From positions 1 to 13,947 of the forward strand of contig JAWAJB010000023.1 in NCBI GenBank assembly GCA_038888155.1: a stretch of 13,947 nucleotides of DNA, read 5' to 3'. This DNA is from Desulfurococcaceae archaeon. GTDB lineage: Archaea > Thermoproteota > Thermoprotei_A > Sulfolobales > Desulfurococcaceae. A program made the position numbers and the translations under genes. Of the stretch, positions 1-8,835 are shown piece after piece; positions within the stretch are counted from its first letter, which is position 1, and the number at the start of each line of letters is the position of its first letter. Below the pieces are notes generated by a model that made no database searches, was not told where the DNA came from, and was given only the letters and a program-made list of their open reading frames with translations.

Positions 1-600
1 CGGCGTCAAACATCACCGTCGAAAGTAAGTCAAGATCGTTTATAAATTCTGTAAAATGATCTTTTCCAATCTTATTTTTCAGAATGTTGAGGTAGTTGCT
101 TCCCATAACCCTTTTAACAAACCCAACAACGTTTATCCCCTTATCATAACAATATCGTAATGCATCTACTCTCTCTTCAACATACCTTTCATCACCATAC
201 AGCGGCGGATCGATCACAGGGCCATCAATTAAGATGTAAGATTCACCTCCGCTTAACATGTTTGCCAATTTTCTGAGTGCTTTTATCTCTCCAAGCATCA
301 TAAGTACCTCTGATTCTTGGTTAACCGCTATTTCGTCCACACTCTCCAGCGGATCTATGCCTCCATCAACTTTTACTACAGGATGTAAGTATGAAAGTAT
401 TCTTGTGCTTCAGGTTTTTCGTCAACTCTTGAGGAGGGGATAACAAGCACTCCTAATACAAATTGACTAATAGCTGTGCTACCAAGAATTGCTCAGAAAC
501 CACCCTTAAGACGCCTTGAATCAATCATTTAGTTCACAAGAGACCACCCAACACTACTAATAGCGAATGACACATATTTTTGGTGCTTCATTCAACTTTC
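1..600 (-). pseudogene. NurA-like (RNase H-fold) nuclease gene, 5' part decayed, continues off the left edge
   Basis: Open frame 409 to the edge reads ...ESEVLMMLGEIKAL...YILIDGPVIDPP...INVVGFVKRVMGS...INDLDLL, matching NurA E, hhhDG and GhVKR motifs. Upstream (410-600) continuation is broken by a frameshift and in-frame stops (FAISSVGWSLVN*MIDSRRLKGGF*AILG). Absent from the ORF track. Confidence 0.6.
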
Positions 601-860
601 TATTTCCTCGCTGGTACTATATTGAGTATTAGGTTTCTTGTGAGGCAGGGCGGATACTGGGGGGAAGGGAAGAAAAATGGGGGATTTCTTGGAGTTTCCT
701 GAATGTGTAGGAAACGTTTTGTTTTATGAGTTTCGGTTCTTTGTGAAATTTAAGTTAGTGGTCTTTTACTGTGTGAGGAGAGGTAAATGGTTTCTTCAAT
801 TAAGGTTGATATTGTGATTTGGATGTGAAGATGGATGGGGTTGGAGATCCCCTCGATTTG

Positions 861-2078
861 TCATGAAGGTGGGTGGAGGGATCTTGTGTGGATAAATTCT
901 ACATTTTTTGGCTTGATTATGTTTATTACTGTTTTGAGCTCGTGTGGATAGTAGTGTCCCGAGACTCTCATCAGATATGCCTGCATATTCAGGTTGTTAA
1001 ACCAATTGGCTATGACTTCGTATTCCTGAGCTTCCTCAATTTTTGGTTCTGGCTCGCTTAGCACTGTTGCGGAGTCCCTTGGCAGGACGTGTGCATCCCT
1101 TAGGTCTCTTAAAACATCCACCGTTTCGTGGTAAGATGCAATTAAAACTGAGTTTTCTTCAATGTTTTCAAGGCTTACAGTCTCAAAATTTGACAATGTC
1201 TTTACGTAGTCGATGACAACTTTCGGCTCGGCTTGTATTCCTGCAACCACTTCCATGAGTTTGGAGACAGCCTCGGAAGCGATATACATGCTTTTCCCAG
1301 TTTGGAAGGACAGCCTGCTTAGGAGGAGGGCATACTCTAAGTCAAGCGGATGCATTGTTGCAACTATTAAGGTGTGCGCGTCAAATATCCTTTTAAGTAT
1401 TGCTTCTTCCTCGCCTGGCGAGATCGGAGCGCTAATTGAGCCCAAGTTGGTCCCCTCGATTATTAACTTATCGACTTTAATGTCCCTACTCTCGCTCAGG
1501 TATTCAAACATGCTTATTCCGCCATGAGCCTTCACAAACTCTTCTCCTTTTAGAAAGCCCTCAACTCTAAAGTCTCCGGTGTAGAGTATTGTTTCATCAC
1601 TTCCAAAGTATAAGAAGGCGTAAGCTGGGTGAGCACTATGTGATACTGGCAACGGCATAACGTCATTCTTGTCGGTTTCTAGAGGCTTAAGCTCCTCAAG
1701 CTCTACGTAATATTTTCTTGGAACCATGGAAAGCCACGTTGGCGAGTTGCACCACTTCTCCTCTAAAAATTTGTATATATTTAGGCTCGGCAAATAGACT
1801 TTGACTCTGCATGGGATGTTTGAGAGTAGGCCAAGATGGTCTAGGTGCATATGCGATATGTAAATAGCGCTGGCTTCTTCATACCACTCTGCCCTAGGCA
1901 CGGCGCCTATCTCCCTAAGCTCCCTTAAACCCCTGGGGGCTATGAAACCAGAGTAGAACCTTTTTATGATGTCGAACCTTATCCCCTGGTCGAATATTAG
2001 CGTTCGATCCCTGTCCTCTATTTTTACGAAGTTTCCGCCTATGCTCTTCGCCCCACTTAAGATCTCGACTTTAACCAT
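861..2078 (-). CDS. Metallo-beta-lactamase / beta-CASP (RNase J-like) nuclease, 405 aa
   Basis: SGAKSIGGN, DQG, ISHMHLDHLG (HxHxDH), VSHSA, YTGDFR, IIEGT, VSGH and FIHT motifs. Start moved from 2150 to ATG 2078 (MVKVEIL), with GGTGA upstream and an 8-nt overlap with the helicase stop. Confidence 0.88.
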   Translation of the reverse strand: MVKVEILSGAKSIGGNFVKIEDRDRTLIFDQGIRFDIIKRFYSGFIAPRGLRELREIGAVPRAEWYEEASAIYISHMHLDHLGLLSNIPCRVKVYLPSLNIYKFLEEKWCNSPTWLSMVPRKYYVELEELKPLETDKNDVMPLPVSHSAHPAYAFLYFGSDETILYTGDFRVEGFLKGEEFVKAHGGISMFEYLSESRDIKVDKLIIEGTNLGSISAPISPGEEEAILKRIFDAHTLIVATMHPLDLEYALLLSRLSFQTGKSMYIASEAVSKLMEVVAGIQAEPKVVIDYVKTLSNFETVSLENIEENSVLIASYHETVDVLRDLRDAHVLPRDSATVLSEPEPKIEEAQEYEVIANWFNNLNMQAYLMRVSGHYYPHELKTVINIIKPKNVEFIHTRSLHPPS

Positions 2079-5046
2079 GCGCGTTCTCACCACGTATACA
2101 TGTGTCTTGTTCTCTGGGCCATAGTACGTATCGCCTCTCAACTTTCTCAAAGATCTTCCAGTTCATTGTCTCCAGGGGGTTTCTGAACCTAAGAAGTTTT
2201 GGGGATCCGCTGTCAATATCGTATACTATATACAACCAGTAGTTCTCTTTCTCCTTCTTGGCGAGCTCAGCCTCGTCGTCTGTGAGTTCACCGTATATCT
2301 CTAGTCCGGCATGTCCCTTAACTTCGATCTTTCTAACATTGCCTGTCCTAGGGTCGATGCTCCTTATGTCGTAATGTTCGCTTGCTGGAACTGTTACAGC
2401 TATTCTCCCTTCATCTGTCTCAGTCTTTAGGGCGAACTTAACGGCTTCTTCCTCGACTCTTCGCTTAACATCCTCTGGCGGTTTAGCTGTCTCTCTGGGT
2501 AGCCCCGCAATAAACTTTATGCAGCCAAATGGCTCGGAGAATTCAAAGTTATAATTGCTCTCATTAGGCCATTTGTCCAGGTCTCTGAGACCTTCTCTCA
2601 CAAGGTTGTCTCTGTAGCTAGTTAGTGGAAAGAGCACGCTTCTTAAGGCGCTTCTAACATTAGAAACTATTAAGGCTTTAAGGTCGACTGGCAGACTTGG
2701 GTAACGTTCCTCGGAGACCCCAATACATCCAGAGAGGGCACTTGAGACTTCTGCGATTAGGTCCGCTCCTCTTAGAACCCTGCGGCTTTTATAGTAGACG
2801 CCTACTGGCTCGCTATAAACAGTGATGCCGTTACATGTCACCTTCAGGTTTAACAGCAGGAGCTCGTCCTCGCTTCCACCGAATGAAACAATGGTTGTTG
2901 TGGAGGACTTCTTGTAACGGAGAAGACCGAAGAAGTCGTCAAGAGTGTTTAAGGCTTTAGGCATCTCATGGCCGCGAGCGGCTCTGAGAGTGCCGTCCGT
3001 GCTTTCCTGAACAGTTAAGTCTAAGAGTGACGCCGCTCTCTTCACCAAACGTTTCAGCTCCTCCATAAACCCGGTGGAGTTTCTGAAGCCAAGTGCTTCT
3101 AGACTACTTTCAGCCTCTTCTCTGATTTTAGGCATGTATAGGACGTTTTTGCTTCTCAGCTCTCTCTCTATTTCACGCCTAGCAGCGATAATCTTTTCAA
3201 CAAGTTTTTCAAGGCCTCCTTTTCCTTCTTTGATAAAAGTTTGGATAGCCTTGTACTCGGTAACTCTCCTGAAAGCCTTTTTTTCCTTCTCTTTTTCAAG
3301 CACTACCTGAGGCGGTGCTTTGAAGATCCCCCCATCCTCACTGTACCATAAGACTACTTCGCCTGTAAATGGCCTCGGTTTAAGCTCTGCTCTTTTCAGA
3401 TTTATGAGTTTAACATACATGGAGTTTAGAGCCGCTTCGTCAGCGACATTATCTGTGAAGAGCGTGTATGCTTCAACGTCGTTCTTCTGTCCGAGCCTCC
3501 AGACACGACCTATTCTCTGCTCAAGCTTAATGAGGCTCCATGGAATCTCATAGTTGATAAGTATATTTGCGACCTGGAGATTAACGCCTTCGGCTACAAC
3601 GTCCGTCGCTATCAGAAGCCAAGCCTTTGGATCACTCTTAAACCTCTCCTTGATTTCTTGGAACGCCTTTTCATCGTGGGCTTCCTCAGAGCTTAACGTC
3701 AGAATGCTCCTCTTCCACTCGGGGCGCCTGCGCGTGAGCTGCTCAACTAAATATTTGAGGGTATCCCTGTACTCTGTGAAAATGACTGCCTTGAAGCCCT
3801 GCTCTGAAACCCACTCTAGGAGCTTGAAGAGCGCGTTAAGCTTAGTGTCGCATATCTCCATTATCTTCTTAGCAGTATCCCTGAGCACCTCTATCTTTGA
3901 GATGTCTTCGCCGCTGAGTAGGGGGGATGATTTCTCAAGAAACTCATTGAATATTTCGTCGGGATCCCTCTCTTCATACTCACACTCCTCGTAGCCGGCT
4001 CTAAAGAAGGATCGGACTGATTCAACGAGCTCCTTCAGCTCAGCCTCGTCGACTCCAGCTCTTCTGGCGAGGAGCCTCTGCATTGTAGTGTAGGCAGAAT
4101 AGGGGCTTGAGGAGGCCCTCTTAAAAACGAGGACTGTTAGGAGCGGGATAACCTCCTTGCTAATTAGCTCTCTCTCGTATGCGAGCTCAACGAGCTTGCT
4201 TCTTAAAAAGAGCACGAGATCCTCGATGAACTTATTCTCAAGGCTGCTTGCCTTAACTAGGCAGGCGTAGAATCTCGCCGGCGGAAATATGCGCCTTCTC
4301 TCATAGATGTTGTTGACGTCCTCCTTAGTTCTCCTGAAGAGTATTGCGCCGTGCGTAGCCTCATAGAAACGCTTAGTGTCAAGCTCCCTCCACCCGCCTA
4401 GGAAGGGATCGAGCAGTTTAAGTCTCTCAATATAGTCTCTGGCGTCCCCCCTATGGGGCGTTGCGGAGAGGAAAAGGACGTTCCTCTCTGGGTGGGCTTC
4501 AATTAGCTTCTTTCCGATGTTAAAGAACCTCTTAGTCTTGTAGCCTAACCTATGCGCTTCATCAACAATTATCAGGTCCCACGGTGCGTCGATAATCTTC
4601 TCAAGGTGCGCCTCTTTCTTCAAGAGGTCCATAGACGCAACGTAATATCCTTCTGGGAAGCCTTGCGCTTCAAGCCCGCGGATAGTCCACCTCTCCAGAT
4701 GATGTATCTTCAAGGTGGGTATACCCATTCTAAGAAGCTCTCTGCGCCACTGGTAGACGAGGACTCTAGGCACGACGATAAGGGTCCTCTTGACCCTACC
4801 GATAGCTTCAAGATACTTCGTGACAGCTATCACTGTAATAGTTTTGCCAAGGCCTATCTCATCCGCGATGAAAACTCTTACCGGCAACCTAGGAGCAAGC
4901 CGGGCGATGACCTCATGCTGGTGGAGATAGTGCTCCAGAGAATTCTCTCTCGAAATGTGGAGGAATGGTGCTATGAGCGGGTGAGTGCTGAAGCACTCCA
5001 GCAGGCCCGCAATTAAGCCTTGAACGACTTCCTTAAGGGATGGCAC
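2071..5046 (-). CDS. SNF2/HepA-family SF2 helicase fused to C-terminal DUF3883-type PD-(D/E)XK nuclease (991 aa)
   Basis: Motif I IADEIGLGKT, II DEAH, III LSATP, IV IFTEY, V TDVVAEGVNLQ, VI EQRIGRVWRLGQ. C-terminal VEEEAV...HYDIRS...IEVKG...YWLYIV nuclease signature. GTG start with G-rich SD. Confidence 0.92.
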   Translation of the reverse strand: MPSLKEVVQGLIAGLLECFSTHPLIAPFLHISRENSLEHYLHQHEVIARLAPRLPVRVFIADEIGLGKTITVIAVTKYLEAIGRVKRTLIVVPRVLVYQWRRELLRMGIPTLKIHHLERWTIRGLEAQGFPEGYYVASMDLLKKEAHLEKIIDAPWDLIIVDEAHRLGYKTKRFFNIGKKLIEAHPERNVLFLSATPHRGDARDYIERLKLLDPFLGGWRELDTKRFYEATHGAILFRRTKEDVNNIYERRRIFPPARFYACLVKASSLENKFIEDLVLFLRSKLVELAYERELISKEVIPLLTVLVFKRASSSPYSAYTTMQRLLARRAGVDEAELKELVESVRSFFRAGYEECEYEERDPDEIFNEFLEKSSPLLSGEDISKIEVLRDTAKKIMEICDTKLNALFKLLEWVSEQGFKAVIFTEYRDTLKYLVEQLTRRRPEWKRSILTLSSEEAHDEKAFQEIKERFKSDPKAWLLIATDVVAEGVNLQVANILINYEIPWSLIKLEQRIGRVWRLGQKNDVEAYTLFTDNVADEAALNSMYVKLINLKRAELKPRPFTGEVVLWYSEDGGIFKAPPQVVLEKEKEKKAFRRVTEYKAIQTFIKEGKGGLEKLVEKIIAARREIERELRSKNVLYMPKIREEAESSLEALGFRNSTGFMEELKRLVKRAASLLDLTVQESTDGTLRAARGHEMPKALNTLDDFFGLLRYKKSSTTTIVSFGGSEDELLLLNLKVTCNGITVYSEPVGVYYKSRRVLRGADLIAEVSSALSGCIGVSEERYPSLPVDLKALIVSNVRSALRSVLFPLTSYRDNLVREGLRDLDKWPNESNYNFEFSEPFGCIKFIAGLPRETAKPPEDVKRRVEEEAVKFALKTETDEGRIAVTVPASEHYDIRSIDPRTGNVRKIEVKGHAGLEIYGELTDDEAELAKKEKENYWLYIVYDIDSGSPKLLRFRNPLETMNWKIFEKVERRYVLWPREQDTCIRGENAHG

Positions 5047-5061
5047 ACCCCGTCCCCCCGC

Positions 5062-5480
5062 TTATCTTAGTCCAAATAGTTTTTAAAAGCCTTAACCGCC
5101 TTCATCAGCCTGCGGTATCATCTGCGCTCCCATACACATAGCCCCCCTGAAGCGCGACGCCCGGTGATACGCATCCCAACCCGGTCACTCTCTCTAATAA
5201 AACACATTAACTCAAAATCTTAGCGGAACTGGCGACGTTGGACAGGATTTCCACGTGGATTATTAACCTACTATATGGATTTATGTCCTGAGCGGTTATC
5301 ATTGAGTACACGGCCTCACAACTTAGTTCTCTAGCTAGACTGAGCAGCTCCCTTTAGGAGGAAATCTTGACTTCAGGTCCATTTTTCGCTTTCGACTGTT
5401 GGGCATAAAGACCAGTAGAACGCCACACTCTTCTGAGACAATCTCACAGTGAAGTAGCTTTTGGGCAGCTCGACCTGCAT
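5062..5480 (-). pseudogene. Decayed small accessory gene of the operon (position of DUF3780-like subunit)
   Basis: ATG at 5480 lies 1 nt after the ATPase stop (MQVELPKSYFTVRLS..., stop after 35 aa). Protein-like pieces continue in shifting frames: RELLSLARELSCEAVYSMIT...YSRLIIHVEIL, LLERVT, WDAYHRASRFRGA, YRRLMKAVKAFK, LFGLR* ending 15 nt before the helicase start. Confidence 0.6.
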
Positions 5481-5481
5481 G

Positions 5482-8400
5482 TTACGCTTCCCTCTTAACC
5501 CTCAGCTTGAAAGTAGCCTTATCCGCCAGGGCGTTGAACACTGATATTCTGTCCGCGTAAACTTCTATCGGCTCATCCATCTTTACTGAGACAAATGCCT
5601 CAGCTTGAAGGATCCTCGCTAAATCCGCTATCCTTTGAACTATGAGCTCCGAGATCTTAATGTCGGCGCTCGATCCATTTATAGTTATGTTGCCGCCGAT
5701 CCTTATGGAGAAGTCTGCTTTAGCCTTGGTGCCGAGTTGAGCAATCCTGCTTAGGGCGATCTGGGCGTGCGCTAAATCTCCCACGGAGACCTCGATGAGC
5801 TTGGCTCCAACATGCGTTAGATCCAGCCTCTTAACGGTGACTTCCTCCTCAAGGCTCCTCACATTTATAGAGAAGCTTCCCTCACGAGAGTATCCGTCCG
5901 CGCCCTTAGCTTCAACCCTAAGAGTGTGCCTTCCAGCAGGAAGCGGATCAATCCTCCACTTGGCGGTAAATGGCGGGCTTCCAGAAACGGGTTCAATAAT
6001 GCCTTTATCCGGCGTGAGCTCGACTCGCTCGCTATAACCTCCAATAGGCGTAATGGAGACTCTTACCTCGATGCTGTTGCCCTCATCAACCTCAACAATG
6101 CTCGGCTCAACGCTAATTATAAAGCCTCTTTCAATAGTTTCTTCGATTTCGCTGACTATGCCCTCCTTAAGAATCTCAACCCAGCCAGGTTGGCCGATTA
6201 GGTCTCTGAGCTTAAAGCGTTGTCCCTCAAACTCAACTTCATACCAAGTTATACGGAGTCTTCCGCCCTCAATAATCTGCCTCTCTTTTGAGAGAAGCAT
6301 GTTGGCGAACTCTCTAGCTGCGATGTTGAGAGGCAGTATTTCAGCGTCGTCTCTTAGGTGTGCCAAGATGTTCGGCTCTTTGCTTCCAATCTTCTTCCAG
6401 TACACCTCACCAGCCATCTTAACGCCAATGTCGAGCCTCCTCAGCCCCTCGCGGATAGCCTCCTCGACAACATCTCTCCTTGTGAACGGCGCGGCCGTGT
6501 TCGTGTAGAAGACCTCAAGTATCTTGCCGAACTCTATGGGCCTGTCTCCGCCAACTAAATCCCACTTCAGCAGCCTGCTGAAGAAGCTTGTGAGCTCGTC
6601 GAAGCTTATCCTTCTGCGCATCTTTGGGCCCGTTGATGAGTCCTCGAGGGCCGCCTCTGCCTGCGCTATGATGGCGCCCAGCGACGTCGTAACCACATAA
6701 TGGACAGTATCTCGCCCATCTTCCATTCTTGGGTAGGCAACACATGTCAAGGCGAAGAGCAGTTCGCTGTTAAACCTGTTTTCAATCTCCTGTATGTAGT
6801 GCCTTAGCTTCTCCTGCCTGATCTTCGCTAGCTCCTCGTCTCCGCGGAAGAACTCCTTCAGTTCACTGCTTATTTCCTTCGCAGCCTCTATCTTAGCGGC
6901 GTAACTGAGCATCTTCTCGAAGTCGGCTTCAACCTTCGGCAGAACTGCGGCGACAGTATTCCTATAGGTTCTCAAGCCTCCCTTAGACCCCAGTATTGCG
7001 TCTTCAACTTCCTTGTCAGATATGCTGTCCCTTGGTTTTACGAAGACTATTAGCTGGTACTCGGGCTTATCTTCTATTTTCGGAGGGCTATAGACTGAGG
7101 TGCCATACTCGATTATGTACGTCCTTTTCTCGCTGAAAAGGAATGGAGTCCACTCAAGGCGCTCGCCTCTCCTCGGCTTCCGAATGAGTAACTCTTCAGC
7201 TCTTTTCGCTAAGGCTTGGTAGAGGTTTAGGCGTGGGCCGCTGAGTATCTCGCTGGCCCTCTTTTCCACCAGGACTGTTATGGGGAGGTATGGGTCAAAC
7301 CAGTACCTGCCGTCCTGATAGTTGAAGTGGCTTAGGCGGGCAGGCATCTCATCTAGGATGCTCTTTATGTCTGGAGGCTGCAGTCCCTCTGAGGAGAATG
7401 TTTCCGGGTCATAAGTCATGAGCGCGGCATCCCTTAATGTCGGGAATGTTCTCAGAGGGATCTTAAACGTCTCGTAAGTGTATACTTTAAGCAGGATTGG
7501 CAGTGCTATTCTGAAGGCCAGCATCGGCCTGCTGCACTCAGCTATTAATCCAAGTCTTCCATCCTCGTCAACAACGTCCTTGGAGGCTACATCCCTAAAC
7601 TCCTTGCGGCTCTCGGTCAAAACCGAGTTCCTTATGTCTGGATCCCTTATGTCTATGTGCCACGGCATAATGAAGGTTGGATCTTCATTTCCCTTAAGGA
7701 GCTTCCTAACGACCTTCCTTGTTATCCTTATCGCATCCCTAGTCCTCCTGAGATCTCTGTTTCTTGAAATGAACTCCTGAAGAACCTCGATATACTTCGG
7801 ATGGAATGGGTAAGTATCCTTAGCCGAGAGAACTCTCCCAGATTCTTCAAGAGAGAACTGCCAGTCTGACTCAGAGCCGAAGATCTCGGGATAATCTCTA
7901 TATGTAGAGTGGAGTGCGTCCCTGGCTCTACTAGCCTCGTCTTCTGGGATCTCCTGGAAAATCCTTCGCTTAAGTATCTGAACTACATCCGTCGGAGTAA
8001 CTGGCGTGATGACTCTTGTAGTCTCCCTATGGAGTTCATCATATAATTTTTTAGCTAGGCCTGCATAGGTTTCTTCCTCAATTATTTGGTCTCCTCTACG
8101 CTCCATTTGGAGGGAGACAATCAGGGCAATTCCTGGGGTCCTTTCAACAGCCCTAGCTAAGTAGCCCATGAACATTATGAGGTTCTCGGCGTATCTTCTC
8201 AGCTCCTCAGCTCTGCTCACGGTGTATATATGCGGGAGTATCTCGTCGATCATTATTAGTACTGGCCTATTAGGCTCCTTTAGGACGCTCATTAGCACGT
8301 CTGTGAGCGGTGGGTGGGCGCCTAATTCGTCTAAGTGCATGACTTTAGCGTAGGTTCCAAGCCTATAAGCGAGCATACCCCACAGCGTCTTAATCGTAAG

Positions 8401-8835
8401 ATTGCCGACAACGTGTGGATCCTTCGGGGTTGGCGCCAACTCCCTCCTAGAACCATCTGTGACAACCACAAGCGGCCTTATTGCAGTCACTCTTGCCGCG
8501 AGCCGTTCATTAACCTTTTTCAGAGCTTCCGGCTTTGTGAACGCGTGGTATAGTGTGATCATAGCATGCGTCTTTCCCCCGCCATATAGCGATGTCAGCA
8601 GGAAGATTGCCCCACCCTCTTTGCTTTCTAGGGCACCGGCAACTTCACTTATTAGGTTCTCCATGGACTTGGTCATGTATGTCCTAGCGAAGAACTGGTC
8701 TGGATCTGAGTAAATTGGCTCTCCGCCTCCAACCACGTCGCCTAGATCTGGCGCGGCTTTATCATCAAGCGCCCTATTGAAGACGTCGGGCCAAACCTTA
8801 AGCTTTCCACTCTCATACAGGCTGAGCAGGCCCAT
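5482..8835 (-). CDS. DUF499-family P-loop ATPase (BrxC/PglY-related), ~1117 aa, C-terminal Ig-like domain
   Basis: YSDPDQFFARTYMT, Walker A LTSLYGGGKTH, Walker B LIMIDE, ILKRRIF, YPFHP and RRTRDAIR motifs typical of DUF499. Start moved from 9033 to ATG 8835 (MGLLSLY), which has GGGGTG upstream and overlaps the methylase stop by 23 nt. Confidence 0.88.
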   Translation of the reverse strand: MGLLSLYESGKLKVWPDVFNRALDDKAAPDLGDVVGGGEPIYSDPDQFFARTYMTKSMENLISEVAGALESKEGGAIFLLTSLYGGGKTHAMITLYHAFTKPEALKKVNERLAARVTAIRPLVVVTDGSRRELAPTPKDPHVVGNLTIKTLWGMLAYRLGTYAKVMHLDELGAHPPLTDVLMSVLKEPNRPVLIMIDEILPHIYTVSRAEELRRYAENLIMFMGYLARAVERTPGIALIVSLQMERRGDQIIEEETYAGLAKKLYDELHRETTRVITPVTPTDVVQILKRRIFQEIPEDEASRARDALHSTYRDYPEIFGSESDWQFSLEESGRVLSAKDTYPFHPKYIEVLQEFISRNRDLRRTRDAIRITRKVVRKLLKGNEDPTFIMPWHIDIRDPDIRNSVLTESRKEFRDVASKDVVDEDGRLGLIAECSRPMLAFRIALPILLKVYTYETFKIPLRTFPTLRDAALMTYDPETFSSEGLQPPDIKSILDEMPARLSHFNYQDGRYWFDPYLPITVLVEKRASEILSGPRLNLYQALAKRAEELLIRKPRRGERLEWTPFLFSEKRTYIIEYGTSVYSPPKIEDKPEYQLIVFVKPRDSISDKEVEDAILGSKGGLRTYRNTVAAVLPKVEADFEKMLSYAAKIEAAKEISSELKEFFRGDEELAKIRQEKLRHYIQEIENRFNSELLFALTCVAYPRMEDGRDTVHYVVTTSLGAIIAQAEAALEDSSTGPKMRRRISFDELTSFFSRLLKWDLVGGDRPIEFGKILEVFYTNTAAPFTRRDVVEEAIREGLRRLDIGVKMAGEVYWKKIGSKEPNILAHLRDDAEILPLNIAAREFANMLLSKERQIIEGGRLRITWYEVEFEGQRFKLRDLIGQPGWVEILKEGIVSEIEETIERGFIISVEPSIVEVDEGNSIEVRVSITPIGGYSERVELTPDKGIIEPVSGSPPFTAKWRIDPLPAGRHTLRVEAKGADGYSREGSFSINVRSLEEEVTVKRLDLTHVGAKLIEVSVGDLAHAQIALSRIAQLGTKAKADFSIRIGGNITINGSSADIKISELIVQRIADLARILQAEAFVSVKMDEPIEVYADRISVFNALADKATFKLRVKREA

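Noticed and set aside
258-443. 61-aa plus-strand ORF
   Set aside because: Antisense to the NurA-like frame, which carries the recognisable motifs.
694-726. Hairpin GTTTCCT-N8-AGGAAAC followed by T-runs, terminator-like on the plus strand
   Set aside because: Only a 7-bp stem, no plus-strand gene upstream, and T-runs are common in this skewed DNA.
2079-2150. 24-aa N-terminal extension of the MBL ORF
   Set aside because: It overlaps the helicase 3' end. The MBL fold begins at MVKVEIL (2078), which has its own SD.
5047-5060. G6/G4 runs before the helicase start as a phase-variation switch
   Set aside because: The runs are too short and are adequately explained as a G-rich SD.
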